64,000 bases of DNA from positions 171,368,001-171,432,000 of the forward strand of contig OZ024743.1 in the NCBI GenBank assembly GCA_964016885.1. Direction: 5' to 3'. Under the pieces are notes generated by a model that was not told the DNA's origin, searched no databases, and was given only the letters and a program-made list of their open reading frames with translations. This document shows positions 1-12,506 of this stretch, in pieces; the first letter of the stretch is position 1; every line of letters begins with the position of its first letter. Position numbers and translations under genes: made by a program. Source of the DNA: Eledone cirrhosa. Its lineage: Eukaryota.

Positions 1-243
<243 letters not shown>

Positions 244-892
244 CACGGCGCCAAGCTATATATTAACGTGAAATTAATACTCACTCATGTATAAAACTAG
301 TTAAAAACTTAAAGAAATATACCCAATACTTCGTATCTCAAACAATTATGTGGTTTATAAAATATTTATCTAATATCTGCTCCCCCGTATAAAACCTATT
401 GCGTGGATTTAAACACATTCAAACAATATTTGGATATTGCTGTATAAGAAGATCTCAAACGAGCGGACATTACAGCAAGAAACACATATGAAGGAAGCAT
501 CTCCACACACCATAGAACGCAAGCCGCATCAGCATTGATAAAAGAAGTGCACTACCACGATCAAAGCCAGTCGCCTTCAACATCTCCAATATCCGCAGTT
601 TCCGGACAGCCATCTTCTTCTGCAAAATCGGGAATAGTGCACCCCACATAAGGTAGAATGGCTGATGTGACGGGTGTCGCTTACTGCTCTCCGCGGAATT
701 ACTTTCGCCATGTTGTCTGCAAACAGTCAAAAGTGTAGAATATTTGCCACCCCTTTTCCCATTTTCCTTATTTAATTTTCCTATGTTTTCTCCATTCTTT
801 TAATACTTTCATCATTGTATACCTCTGTTCAATAGTGAATTTATTCCAAATATAAACAAGAACTATCGAGTAAATAAGTAAAATGGTCTATA

Positions 893-1062
893 ATCTGATT
901 TAGGCATAAGGCCAACAATTTATGAGAGGGGAATGTCGATTAAATGGACCCTAAAGGGCAAAGCTAACCTCAGTGGGATTTGAATTCAGAACGTAAAGGG
1001 ACGTAACTCTGCCGCTGCAAAGCATGTTGTCCGACGCTCTACCGATACTGTCAACTCACCTC
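893..1062 (-). mobile_element. tRNA-derived SINE (degenerate)
   Basis: Minus strand has an A-box-like head and B-box-like gaattcaaatccc; homologous to the SINE at 32871-33056. Confidence 0.75.
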
Positions 1063-1569
1063 CCTCAAAATAGTCTATATAAAAGAAACTTGTTTTACTT
1101 TTGTCCAGTATTCATCCAGTCTTTGAACATCTTAGTGGCATATTCCACTGCTTCCGGAATTTCTAGATTGCATGCTGCATTTAATATCAACCTTCTCATA
1201 TACCTGTTGAAAGAGAGGGGGAGACAAAGAAAGAGAGAAAGAGGATGAGCAGTAGTATGCTTGCAGTTGCACAAACAAATATATATATATATAATTCACA
1301 TAAAATATATAGAAACTTATAGTGTTAATGAATGTTAATTTTTCTTTTATTTGTATATCTCATGTAAATGTTTCTCATAAAAATATGAAAGATTGCTACA
1401 CACAAATATTTATACCTTCTTGTGTAATATATATAGACGCACAATCATTTACAAAATCTCTATAGGTTTGTCATTTAAAGGTTGTACTCAGCGGAGTTTT
1501 GTACTATACCTGTGTAAACATTGTGTCTGAAAAGTATGTAAGCATTTACAAGGAAACAGTCTATTTGGA

Positions 1570-1930
1570 CGCAATGTGGCTGAATGGTTAAGAAGTTCGA
1601 TTCACAATCTTTAAGGTCGCGGCAACTCCGTAGCATTTTAAGCAAATATCATTCTCCATAGTCAATGGCTTTTAATACGACTGCCAGTAAAATTTCCTTT
1701 CCCCAAAATGGCAGAGCCTCTGTTCAAATTTGAACAGAGGGTTTGCCATTTTTAGGGGGAAAGGAAATTTGATTAAATCAATCCCACTATTCAACTGATA
1801 CTTTACTTTAGTGACCCCGGTAAAATCAAAAGCAAAGTTGACTTCGGATGGATTTGAACTCAGAACATTAAGACCCGTAACTAAATAAAGGAAAGCATTT
1901 TGTCCAACGTTCTAACGACTCTATGAATAC
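1570..1930. mobile_element. Two degenerate SINE-like pieces tail-to-tail (+ 1570-1730, - 1745-1930) with a central palindrome
   Basis: gtggctgaatggttaag A-box-like head at ~1576; gaccccggtaaaatcaaaagcaaagttgacttcggatggatttgaactcag matches the SINE family on the minus strand. Confidence 0.55.
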
Positions 1931-2130
1931 ACTAACTTTTGGAGTGATACAATAATGCTAATATTAGAGAAAAACACAAAATGTAAGAATAAAAATATGT
2001 AGGATAAAGCTATAGTGACTAATTGAGGTAGAGACTGCATAAGTTTACAATAGGCTGTTAGTCATTATTTACTTAAACTCTTTAAGCAGGCCGAGTTCAT
2101 CGACAGTATACCTTTAATCATGCAGATGTA

Positions 2131-2150
2131 CACTACTGCTGCTGCTGTTG

Positions 2151-2194
<44 letters not shown>

Positions 2195-2352
2195 TCTTCT
2201 TCTTCTTCTTCTTCTTGAGAGGGTAATGGGGGCAGGGTCCTCAAACGTACCTTCCAGAGAGTCCAATCAGAAGTAACTGCTTCTAAATGATCCGGCTGGA
2301 TCCTCAAATAAGAGTAACCTGGCTCATGGATATTATCCAACCATCTTGCTCC
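2131..2352 (-). mobile_element. 5'-truncated RTE-clade (Rex3/Expander-like) LINE 3' end with (GAA)n(GTA)n(GCA)n tail
   Basis: Minus translation RWLDNIHEPGYSYLRIQPDHLEAVTSDWTLWKVRLRTLPPLPSQE resembles the RTE ORF C-terminus (RW.D.I...L...P..L..V..DR..W...LR.LPP.P), followed by a trinucleotide tail. Confidence 0.6.
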
Positions 2353-2915
2353 ATGGATATTATCCAACCATCTTGCTCCATGGATATTATCCAACCATCT
2401 TGCTCCATGGATATTATCCAACCATCTTGCTCCATGGATATTATCCAACCATCTTGCTCCATGGATATTATCCAACCATCTTGCTCCATGGATATTATCC
2501 AACCATCTTGCTCCATGGATATTATCCAACCATCTTGCTCCATGGATATTATCCAACCATCTTGCTCCATGGATATTATCCAACCATCTTGCTCCATGGA
2601 TATTATCCAACCATCTTGCTCCATGGATATTATCCAACCATCTTGCTCCATGGATATTATCCAACCATCTTGCTCCATGGATATTATCCAACCATCTTGC
2701 TCCATGGATATTATCCAACCATCTTGCTCCATGGATATTATCCAACCATCTTGCTCCATGGATATTATCCAACCATCTTGCTCCATGGATATTATCCAAC
2801 CATCTTGCTCCATGGATATTATCCAACCATCTTGCTCCATGGATATTATCCAACCATCTTGCTCCATGGATATTATCCAACCATCTTGCTCCATGGATAT
2901 TATCCAACCATCTTG
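2325..2915. repeat. Perfect 27-bp minisatellite, ~22 copies (catggatattatccaaccatcttgctc)
   Basis: Identical units with no spacers; 591 bp / 27 = 21.9 copies. Confidence 0.98.
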
Positions 2916-2939
2916 ACTTTGTGGAAGTTTAGACTGGAT

Positions 2940-3204
2940 TGGATCCGGGTGCTTCACATCTACCATTTGCTGTGGTTTATATGTTGTTAGGTCTGCTATG
3001 GCACCTTTACATTGTGGATGAGCGTCGTGTTATTTGTGAAGCAGAGATCCAAGACATTCTCACCTCTTGGTGGGTGTAGCATCATTTTCCCCATATACAG
3101 CGTGTAAGGTCCAACAGGGATTCTGTCTGTCTATGTTCATGTGGTGTCATTCCTGAGAGGCCATTTCACCTTGGGGAGGTAAATGTCTCCCATCAGTAGC
3201 ATGT
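2940..3204 (-). mobile_element. Degenerate CR1-like APE endonuclease fragment
   Basis: Minus translation LLMGDIYLPKVKWP ... PPRGENVLDLCFTNNTTLIHNVKV matches the CR1 EN motifs GDFN.P and PTR...LDL. Confidence 0.6.
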
Positions 3205-6200
3205 TCAGATAAAGGAAGGCGGCGGGTCAATCCTCATGATGGACTCAGCTGATAGCCGGATCCGTCCTACACGCGACAGCAGGTGTTCGACATAAACCCA
3301 TAAGTCAGCAATGCTCAGACAGTGGATGAGTGCGTGCAGGACGGTTTCGTCACCCTGCGTGCATCTCGGATAGACCCGACTGACGGTACTTCCAAGCCTG
3401 TAGAGTTTATCCCGAACTGGCAAAGTTCTCAGTAGCACTGCCAGGCCAGGGATTTATGGAAGTTATCCATAGGCCCGGCCAGAAAGTTCTCCCGAAGAAA
3501 TTGGCTAGTTGATTTTCGTCGACGCCCAGAGTCTCCCCAAGGATGTCATCATTCTTTCCCTCTATAGAACGCCAAGGTGGAGTTTCCACCGATCGCATTG
3601 CCTGACTGGTCGGGGCTGTAAGCGCCTGAAGACATTCCAGTCTCCAAGCGCCCCCTCCCCGGTCTTCGCTTCACTCAAGACTGCAGCTCCGTCAAGGAGA
3701 CGAGCTGGGGAAATACGTGTCTAGCAAACGGCGACCACACCTGATCACCGTCGAGGAAGAGGTGGAGATGTCGTAGGCTGAGCGCGTGTCTGTGCATCAT
3801 CAGCCACGTCATTCCAGATCTCCGCGTAGCGGGTGTTGACAACAGATGGACCGCCTGACCATCGGAGCGCGTCCCTTCCACAAAAAGTGAAAGAGCAAAC
3901 GCTCCAGCGAAGTCAGGCGAAGCTTAGGACAAGGCACGACGGTCAGGCGGTAGTAGATTACGGACGCGATGTACGCGTTCGACACCTCCACTCGACCTTC
4001 CAGGGATAGCTTCCACTCGGCCCATTTCTGGGTGAGAGAGGCCACCCTGCTCGTTACCACGTCCCAGTTTTCGTCCGTTTGGAGGTCCGGACCGAACCAG
4101 ACCCCTAGCAATTTAACCGGTCCGTCCGTCCAGCGCCCGATGACGCTGTTGGACGGCATGGATCTGCCTCTCAAGGTGCCGAGTTGCAGGCCCAACGACT
4201 TTTCGTGGTTGATCATTGCTCCTGTCACCTCCTCGTATTCTCTTAGTGTGGTGCCGATCGCCTTGATGTGTTTGGCGTTCGACACCACTACAGTGACGTC
4301 GTCTGCATATGCTGACGCGGATCTTCCGCATCCTAGTTCGCGCGGGACCGCCCTCAACGTCTCCAGTTTGTGCAGTAATGGCTCGAGAGTCAATACGTAC
4401 AAGAGGGACGAGAGGGGACATCCTTGGACTGCGCACATGATGTTGAACGGTTCCGAAAGGTGACCGTTCACGCTCACCACAGAGCAGATGTCGCTGTGCA
4501 TGGCAGCGATCCAGCCTCTGAAGACGGACCCAAAGCCAGCCGCCCTCAGGACTGCCGCTAGGTAACGATGGTCGACCCTATCGAAAGCTTTCGACTGATC
4601 TAAATTGATCAAGGACCCACCCGTGCCAGGTTCCCTAGCTACCCTCTCTACGATGTATCGCATGAGGTGGAGGTTGTCGTGGATGGATCTGTCGAGAATG
4701 GCGCATGTCTGCGCCTATCCCACCAGACCACTAACGACAAGCGCCAACCTCTTTGCTAGCACCTTGGCCAAAATCTTGAACTCTGTGTTTAGCAGAGTTA
4801 TGGGCCTGAAATTATCTATGTTATCCTCCTTGTTCGGATCCTTTCTCAGCAGTGCCACCGCTCCTCGGCTCACAGAGCTGGGAATTCTCCCGTTCTGTTG
4901 CCAGTTGCAGTAGACGTCCGCCAAGAGGCCTCCGAACAAATCTGGCATCTGTACGTAAAGTTCATAGGGCAGACCATCCAAACCAGGCGATTTACCCCTT
5001 GTGCAGCCAGTCATTGCCTCCCGTACTTCAGCGGCTGTTATCGGCTTTTCGAAACACTCCGCCTCAGTGGCCGAGAGCCGCGGCAGTCCGTCGAGGTAGA
5101 CACTAAAGTCCATCCTTCGACCCGGCCCACCGCTGCCCCCGAACAGCTGAGCGAAGTGTCGCTGAAAAGCTTCACACATTTGCCCGGGATCGAGTAGCAT
5201 GCGCCCGTCGTGGTCCACCAAAGACCGGATCGTGGCTTTGTTGCCACGACGCGCCTACTCCACTCGGGCCCATTGAACGGCCTTCGTTCCCTCGTGTCTG
5301 AAAGCAGGCATCCTAGCTCTGACAACGCAGCCTTCGTGCTTTTCATTGAAGAATTGGTCAAGGGCCAATTTCGCCGCAAGCACGTCGGTCGCGATGCCTT
5401 TGCAAAGCGCCTCGTCTAATTTTCTAACTAGTTCTCCCTCTGCTCTATTTTTCTCTATTGCTAAAGCCTTACTAAACCTAATGGATTCTATTCTAATCGC
5501 TCTTTTCACAGCATACCACCACTTGTTGACGATGGCCCCCGTCAACGCCCGCTTAACTAGTTCGCTAATCCGGTCTCTGTAGGCCTTGCGCGCTGGTAAG
5601 GACGCGTTTAGCATCCAGTAGCCGGATCCTCGTCTATGAAGCCTATCTCCGTCAAGCACACAGATCACGAATTTGTGGTCCGTGTAGCTGACTATCTTGA
5701 AGTGTGGACAGCCTATGCTAGACCTATCTATTTCCCTACAAAATACTCTATCTAGATATGATCTGGATGACCCTATGCGATTTGTCCAAGTCCACATTGT
5801 CACATTCGGGAAATCCAATCGGTACCTGTCAGACAGTTCACAACGCCTGAGCAGGTTGGTGAGGCTCTTGCACCCTCCACCCCTATCCGCTAATCCCACA
5901 CAGTCCCAGCGTGCATCTAAGATCCCGTTCCAGTCGCCCACTAACACTAAAGGGCGGGACGTTCCAACAAATTTCTCCAGACGCCGGAAGAAATCAGGCC
6001 GCCCTGCTCCTGTCGGGGCATAGACGGCTACTAGCCTGAAAGCTTGCCCGTCTCCGCTGGTCACGTCCAGCACCACCAACTTACCCTCTGGGTCCAGGAA
6101 GATGGCCCGTATGGCGAGATCCAAACCTCTCTGAAAAAGCACAGCAACTCCACCCCCCGATCCAGGACGGCTGGGAGATGCGTACACATCGTAGCCGCCG

Positions 6201-6355
6201 AAGATCGGTGCGAAGGCCCGTGCTTCGGAGATTCTGGTCTCGCTGATGGCCACTACATCTATGTTTAGTGACCTGAGGTCGTTGAGCAGGTGACCCTGCT
6301 TCCATGACGACCCCAAGCCACGCGCATTTATGCTACCTATTCTGAGTGAGGTCAT
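3205..6355 (-). pseudogene. Tx1-1 ORF2 (APE-RT-zf), disrupted
   Basis: Fragments 5255-6355, 4715-5221, 3809-4663, 3205-3438. Confidence 0.93.
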
Positions 6356-6390
6356 GTTTAAAATGGAGTGGAAAAGATGGGAAAGACCAC

Positions 6391-8530
6391 TTACCGTACT
6401 TTTTGTAGAGGAAGGATGGTTTCTCCATCCCTTTTCACTTGATCGTCTGGTGAAGGGACCGTTGAATTGTCCCTTCGGCTGGTGTTCGGCTCTTCCATGA
6501 GTATGGCCGAATATACTCTCCGGTTGAGAGTCCCTCCTAGATCTCTGAAATCACCAACTGCGTTGGGGAATTTCGTTTTAATGTTTGTGTATTGTTTCTG
6601 TGCTATTTTTACCAGTCTTATGTTCGTTGGCGTTTTGATTGGTGCTGGTATTATGTTGTCGTGCTCTGAAATGTCTGTGTGTTCAATTATGTAAGTCATT
6701 AGTTTTTTGTTGTGTATATTTATTGCCGTGCATTTGTTTTTCTGGGGGTGGGGTGTGGTTCTGCTATTTTCTTGTCGTTGTTGCTGGGTGTGTGTGTTTT
6801 GTTGTTGTGTTTGCGACGTTGGTGCTTGTGGTGGTGGTGTTGAAGGTGTTGTTGTTGTTGGCGGTGGGGTTGTCGCCGGTGGTGATGGTGGTGCTAGTGT
6901 GGGTGGTGATGATGTTGGTGGTGTTGCTGCTGTGAGTCTCTTTGCAGTAGCCTTTACCCTTTTTTCATTTCTTTCCTCCCTTTTCGAAGGCGACGATGCG
7001 CTGCTTCTGCGTTTGTGCCTTCTTACAACCTTTTGTCATCCCTCTCCCACCTCACACTCCATGTCTGATTCTGTGAGGTCGGGGAGGGGTACCAGCTCCA
7101 CTCTTTCACTTGTTGTTGTTGGTGATGTTTGTACTGGAGTCTCTTTTGCAGCTGCATTTGGTATTGCTGTTGTTAATACTTCCACTGCTGCAGCTGCTTT
7201 TGATTTCCGTGGCGTGGGTATGGGTGCCACGGACCTATCGTTCCTGGTTGCCGCTTGTCCTGTTGCTGGTAGCCGTGGAGCCGGTTTCGGAAGGAGGGTG
7301 GTTTTCTCCTTTCTCAGGGTCTTCTCGTTGCAGAAGGCCCTGAGGTGAGTCTTCGATCCACAGTGAAAGCATTTCGGGCATTTGCCCTCAAGACTTATGG
7401 GCAGTTGAGTGCCGTTATCGAAGTCTATCACATCCGGGACAGCTTCGATGCACTCCTGGTTGGTTTGGATTAACATCTCAATGGAGGTGCCGACCCAATC
7501 TTCTCTTACTCTTTTCTGTACTTGCAGTACAGTTGTTTTGTCCTCGATTCCGACGAGGACAGACGCATCCAGCCATGAAGGGGCCATCCTGGGTGGGGGG
7601 GACGTGGGTCAGTTTGACCCTCACAATTTTTTGCCTGCAGTAGGAGGGCACCAACACCATTTCCTCGTTCCTTAGGGTCACTAAGGATTGAGCCTTTGCC
7701 TCCTGGGGTGTGGCAAAAAGCACGTCTTCGGTGGCATATTTCTTGCCTCGGGTGATATGCGTTTTCCGCTGCCACACAGACCCTAAGGCTTTTTGTATTT
7801 GAGCCTCTGTGGCTCTTTCAACCCTACGGGATTTTGTGCTTACTGTACGGTACGTGACCGTACAGTACTGTTGGGTTTCGAAAAATGTTTCGGCTGCCTT
7901 GCAGATTGCTCGGTGTCCGGTTTTCGTCACCATCTTCTTCGCTTCCCGTAATTCCTCATTTGTTATGAGGATGGTTTCCAGGTTCTTTGCGATACCTGCA
8001 AACGGGATTGGTTTTTCTTTGCTGCTGTTGTTGTTGTTGTTGTTGTTGTTGTCGTCAGAGCTGCTGTTACTTTTGTTGTTGCTGCAGGTACTACGACTAC
8101 TGCCGCCGCCGCTGTTGCTGTGGTTGTTGTTGTTGTTGCTGCTGCTGCTGTTGTTGTTACTGTTGCTGCTAATGCTATTGTTGTTTATGCTGCTGCTGAT
8201 GCTGTTGCGGCTGCTACTGTTGTTTTCCTTGTCACTGTTGCTGCTGCTGCTGTTATTACGGCTGCTACTGCTATTATTCATAACGTCAGATGAATGAAAT
8301 GGGTTTTCGTATTTCCCGCACACCTTTTTCGTCGTTGTCGTGGAGAAATGTTGCACGCTTTCTACGTGATTTTTCTTTACTGGCGTCGCTTGCGAAAGAG
8401 AAGGGAGGGAGAGAGACACATTTAGAGAAGGGAGGGAGAGAGACAATCTTCTCTCTGCTGTAGTGAAGATTGAGGAAGAAGAAGACGGAATGAGTGGGAG
8501 TGACTTGTGAAAATTCTTTTTCGTAGCCAT
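6391..8530 (-). pseudogene. Tx1-1 ORF1 (gag-like, poly-N/S N-terminus, CCHC), frameshifted
   Basis: Fragments 7478-8566, 7036-7587, 6391-6699 are homologous to the other three ORF1s. Confidence 0.8.
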
Positions 8531-9113
8531 GTTTTTTTTTTGGTTTAAAATAAATATTGGGCACAAAACCCCAATAAGCGGTTATTTAACCCCGAAGGGC
8601 CAAATAACGGGCAAAAAGACCCCTCTCACGAGGAGGAGGGTGTTTTTGTCTACAATTTGGTTAAAGTTTTAAACAATTTACAATTGTTATAGCGGTCAAA
8701 ATTTACAATACCTTACAGAGCCGAGCCTCCGTCAACCATAGCATTCAATAATAATAATAATAATGTTTTGTTTTCTTTATTAACCACAAGGGTTTACATA
8801 AAGTAGACATTAAGGACAGTACAGGACAATACAGGACGGTACAAATGGGCATTTCTGCGTGTAAAAAAATAAGAGGGGACAATACAAAAGACTGGGACAG
8901 TTGGGTTTTACATAAAAATCGAGTAAACAATATGAATAAACAAAGTAACAATAACAAAGTAACAATAAAGTAACAAGAAAATTACAAGAAAAAAATTCCC
9001 CAATAGGGGGGATGACCACCTAGGGTTCGCTCAGGTACCCCACCAGTCCTGAACGATCCGACGCTTCGAGAGCACCCTGGAAGGGCACCCCTCTCCTCTT
9101 CAAATTTACCTAA

Positions 9114-12100
9114 CTACAGCCGCATGACCAGAGTAGGCCCACTCACACGGGCCATTCTCGCCACATTCACCCACCTTTCAGCAAATGTACTGGGGGATTG
9201 GCCGAAGAGAAAAGTGTCTGTCTTCAGTCCTTTCAACTTCGTCCACCATAGAACCTCTTTCGCTACTGCCACCAGACAGAGGAAAATTACCTGCCCTTCC
9301 TGGCCAAAAGAAGGCGGCGGGTCGATCTTCACTATGGACTCGGCCGATAGCCGGATCCGTTCTACACGCCACAACAGCTGTTCAACATAACTCCACAAGT
9401 CAGTAATGCACGGACACTGGACGAGTGCGTGCAGAACGGTTTCGTCGCTCTGCGCGCATCTCGGACAGGTCCGTCTGACAGCACTTCCGTGTCTGTAGAG
9501 TTTATCTCGAACCGGCAGTGCCCCCCGGTAGCACTGCCAAGCGAGGGATTTTTGGAAATTATCCATCGTCCCCGGCTCGAAAGTCCTCCGGTACAGACTG
9601 GTTAGTTCGACTTCGTTGACTCCCAGAGCCTCTCCGAGTGCGTCGTCGCACTTGCCCACCACTAATCCTCTATAGAACTCGAGAGTGAAAGTTCCACTGA
9701 CCGCATTTCCCGCCTGGTTGAGGGCAGTGAGTGCCTGGCAACATTCCAGATGCCAGTCACCCAGTCTCAGTCTCTTCTTGACCCAGGACTGCAACTCAGT
9801 CAAAGAAACGAGCTGCGGAAAGGCCCGTCTGACAAACGGCGACCACACCTGTTCACCGTTTAGGCAGAATATCTGGAGATGCCGCAGCCTCAGCGCGTGC
9901 CTGCGCATCATTTGCCACGGCATGCCCAGCCCTCCACGTAGAGGGTGCTGGCAGCAGATGGACCGCCTCACCAGCGGAACCTGACCCCTCCACAAGAATT
10001 TGAAGAGGAGCCGCTCTAAGATGGCGAGGCGCGAACGGGGACTAGGGACGACAGTCAGACGGTAGTAGATGACGGACGCGGTGTACGCGTTCGCCACCTC
10101 CACCCGACCTTTCAATGATAGCTTCATCCCAACCCATTTCTGGGTGAGACTGATTACCCTGCCCGTCACCTCGTCCCAATTCTTATCAACCTGGAAGTTT
10201 GGCCCGAACCAAACCCCGAGCAACTTTACCGGTCCGTCCGTCCAGCGCCTAACGACGCTGTTGGACGGCATGGACGGCAGGTGCCGAGTTGCAAGCCTAC
10301 TGACTTTTCCGGGTTAAGTTTTGCTCCCGTCAACCTTTCATATTCCTCCAATAAGTTGCCGACCACCTCGATTTCTGAGGTGTCCGACACCATCACCGTG
10401 ATGTCGTCTGCATAAGCCGACACAGCCTTTCCGCGTCCCGGTTTGAGCGGGATGCCCTGCAACAGCTCCAACTTCCGCAGTAAAGGCTCGAGAGAGTCAA
10501 TACGTACATAAGGGAGGATAGAGGGCACCCTTGACGGACCGATCGGGAGACCTGAAACGGTTCCGAGAGGTGACCATTAATTTTGACCATCGAGCAGGTG
10601 CCGCTGTGCATTGCAGCGATCCAGCCTCTGAAGACGGGGCCGAAGCCAGCCACCCTGAGGACAGCCTCCAGGTACCGATGGTCGACCCTATCGAATGCTT
10701 TCGATTGATCTAAATTGATCAGAGCCCCATCGAAGCCAAGTTTACACCCTACCCTCTCTATTCTATGATGTATCGCATTAGGTGGAGGTTGTCGTGTATG
10801 GACCTGGTTGGGATTGCGCAAGTTTGCGCCTCCCCAACCAAATCCCTGACGACAAGCGCCAACTTCTTCGCTAACACCTTGGCCAAAATCTTAAACTCTG
10901 TGTTGAGCAGAGTTATGGGCCTGAAATTGTCTAATGTGTCCCTCTTGTTCTCGTCTTTCCTTATCAGTGTCACTACGCTCCGGCTCACAGAACTGGGAAT
11001 ACTCCCGTTTTGCTGCCAGTTGCAGTAGAGGGCTTCGAGGAGATTGCAGAACAAGTCTGGCATATTTACGTAAAGCTCGTAGGGCAGACCATCCAAACCG
11101 GGTGACTTGTGCCTCATGCAGCCTACAAGGGCATCCTGAATCTAGGCTGAAGTAATTGGCCTTTCGTAGCGCCCAGCGTCAGCCGTCGAGAGTTGCGGCA
11201 AGCCATCGAGGTAGGGACTGAAGTTCGCCACCATCTCTGTCCCGCCACTTCCCCCGAACAACCGAGCAAAATGTTAGCGAAAGGCCTCACACATCCTCTT
11301 GGAATTGCACAGCTCGTGCCCGTCTCGGTCCGTCAAAGACCAAATCGTGGTTTTATTACCACGCTGCGCCTCTGCCACGCGGGCCCATCGAACAGCTTTG
11401 GTTTCTTCGTTTCTCAGAGCACGCGCCTTAGCTCTGACAATGCAACCTTCGTGTTTCGCATTGAAGAAATGGTCTAATGCCATTCTCGCCGCTAGCACAT
11501 CAGTTGCAATGCCACTACCAATAGCCTCGTCTAACTTATCTACCAACTCCCCCTCCTTTCTATTTTTCTCTAACGCTACTTCTTTGCTAAACTCTATCGA
11601 CATTACTCTAATCTCTCTTTTGAGAGCCCCCCACCATCTATTGTTGACGACTCCCCCTGTCAACTTTTTCTTAACTAAATTGTTGACCTGGTCCCTGTAA
11701 GCCTTACGAGCCGGAAATGACATGTTTAGCTACTAGTAACCAGGTTCTAACCTACGCGTCTTATCTAGGTCGACCATACAGATCACAAACTTGTGATCTG
11801 AATAGGCGACCGTTTCAAAACGTGGACCGCTTACACTATTTCTGTCTATTTTCCTAATGAATATCCTGTCTATATACGATCTAGATAACCCTATGCGGTT
11901 AGCCCAGGTCCACAATGGCGCATTATGGAAATCTAGTCGGTACCTGTCAGACAGTTGGAACTTGCTGATCAGGTTCTTGAGGCTTTTGCACCCCCCACTC
12001 CTATCGGATACTCCCACACAGTCCCAGCGTGTGTCTAAGATGCCGTTCCAGTCCCCCACTAACAGTAAAGGGCGAGACGTACCCAGAAAAGCTTCCAGGC

Positions 12101-12473
12101 GTCTAAAGAAGTCCGGCCGTCCTGCCCCAGTAGGAGCATAGACGGCCACCAGTCTAAAGGCACCACCTTCATTATTGTTCACGTCCAGGACCACCAGCTT
12201 CCCGTCCGGGTCCCGGAAGATCGATCTTACCTCGAGATCCAGGCCTTTCCTAAACAGCACTGCCACCCCGCCCCCCATTCCCGGCCGGCTAACAGATACA
12301 AAGATCTGATAGTCGTCGAAAATGGGGGCTAGTGCGCGCGTGTCGGAAATCCTGGTCTCGCTGACTGCAATTACATCCATTTCTATAGACCTGAGGTCGT
12401 TGAGCAGGTGACCCTGCTTCCAGGACCATCCCAGGCCTCGAACATTTAAACATCCTACTCTTAATACGGCCAT
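9114..12473 (-). pseudogene. Tx1-2 ORF2 (APE-RT-zf), disrupted
   Basis: MAVLRVGCLNVRGL...GDWN...SDH; DQSKAFDRV; YADD; CPRCAQSDETVLHALVQC; several frameshifts and stops. Confidence 0.93.
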
Positions 12474-12506
12474 GTTGGCAGGTTAAACAGAGAGAGAGAG
12501 GAAGGT

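Larger units (their letters stand above)
3205..8746 (-). mobile_element. Tx1-clade non-LTR retrotransposon copy 1 (3'-truncated, frameshifted)
   Basis: ORF1 with CCHC knuckle (CFHCGSKTHLRAFC); ORF2 with APE (SINARGL, GDWN, SYLDR, TDH), RT (KSPGLDGLP, DQSKAFDRV, QGCPLS, YADD) and zf (LPVRDKL..PRC); 5' end abuts (AAT)6. Confidence 0.95.

Noticed and set aside
2325-2915. CRISPR array or repeat protein (four open frames)
   Set aside because: Units are contiguous with no spacers, there are no cas genes and the context is eukaryotic; frames are open only because a 27-bp unit lacks stops in them.
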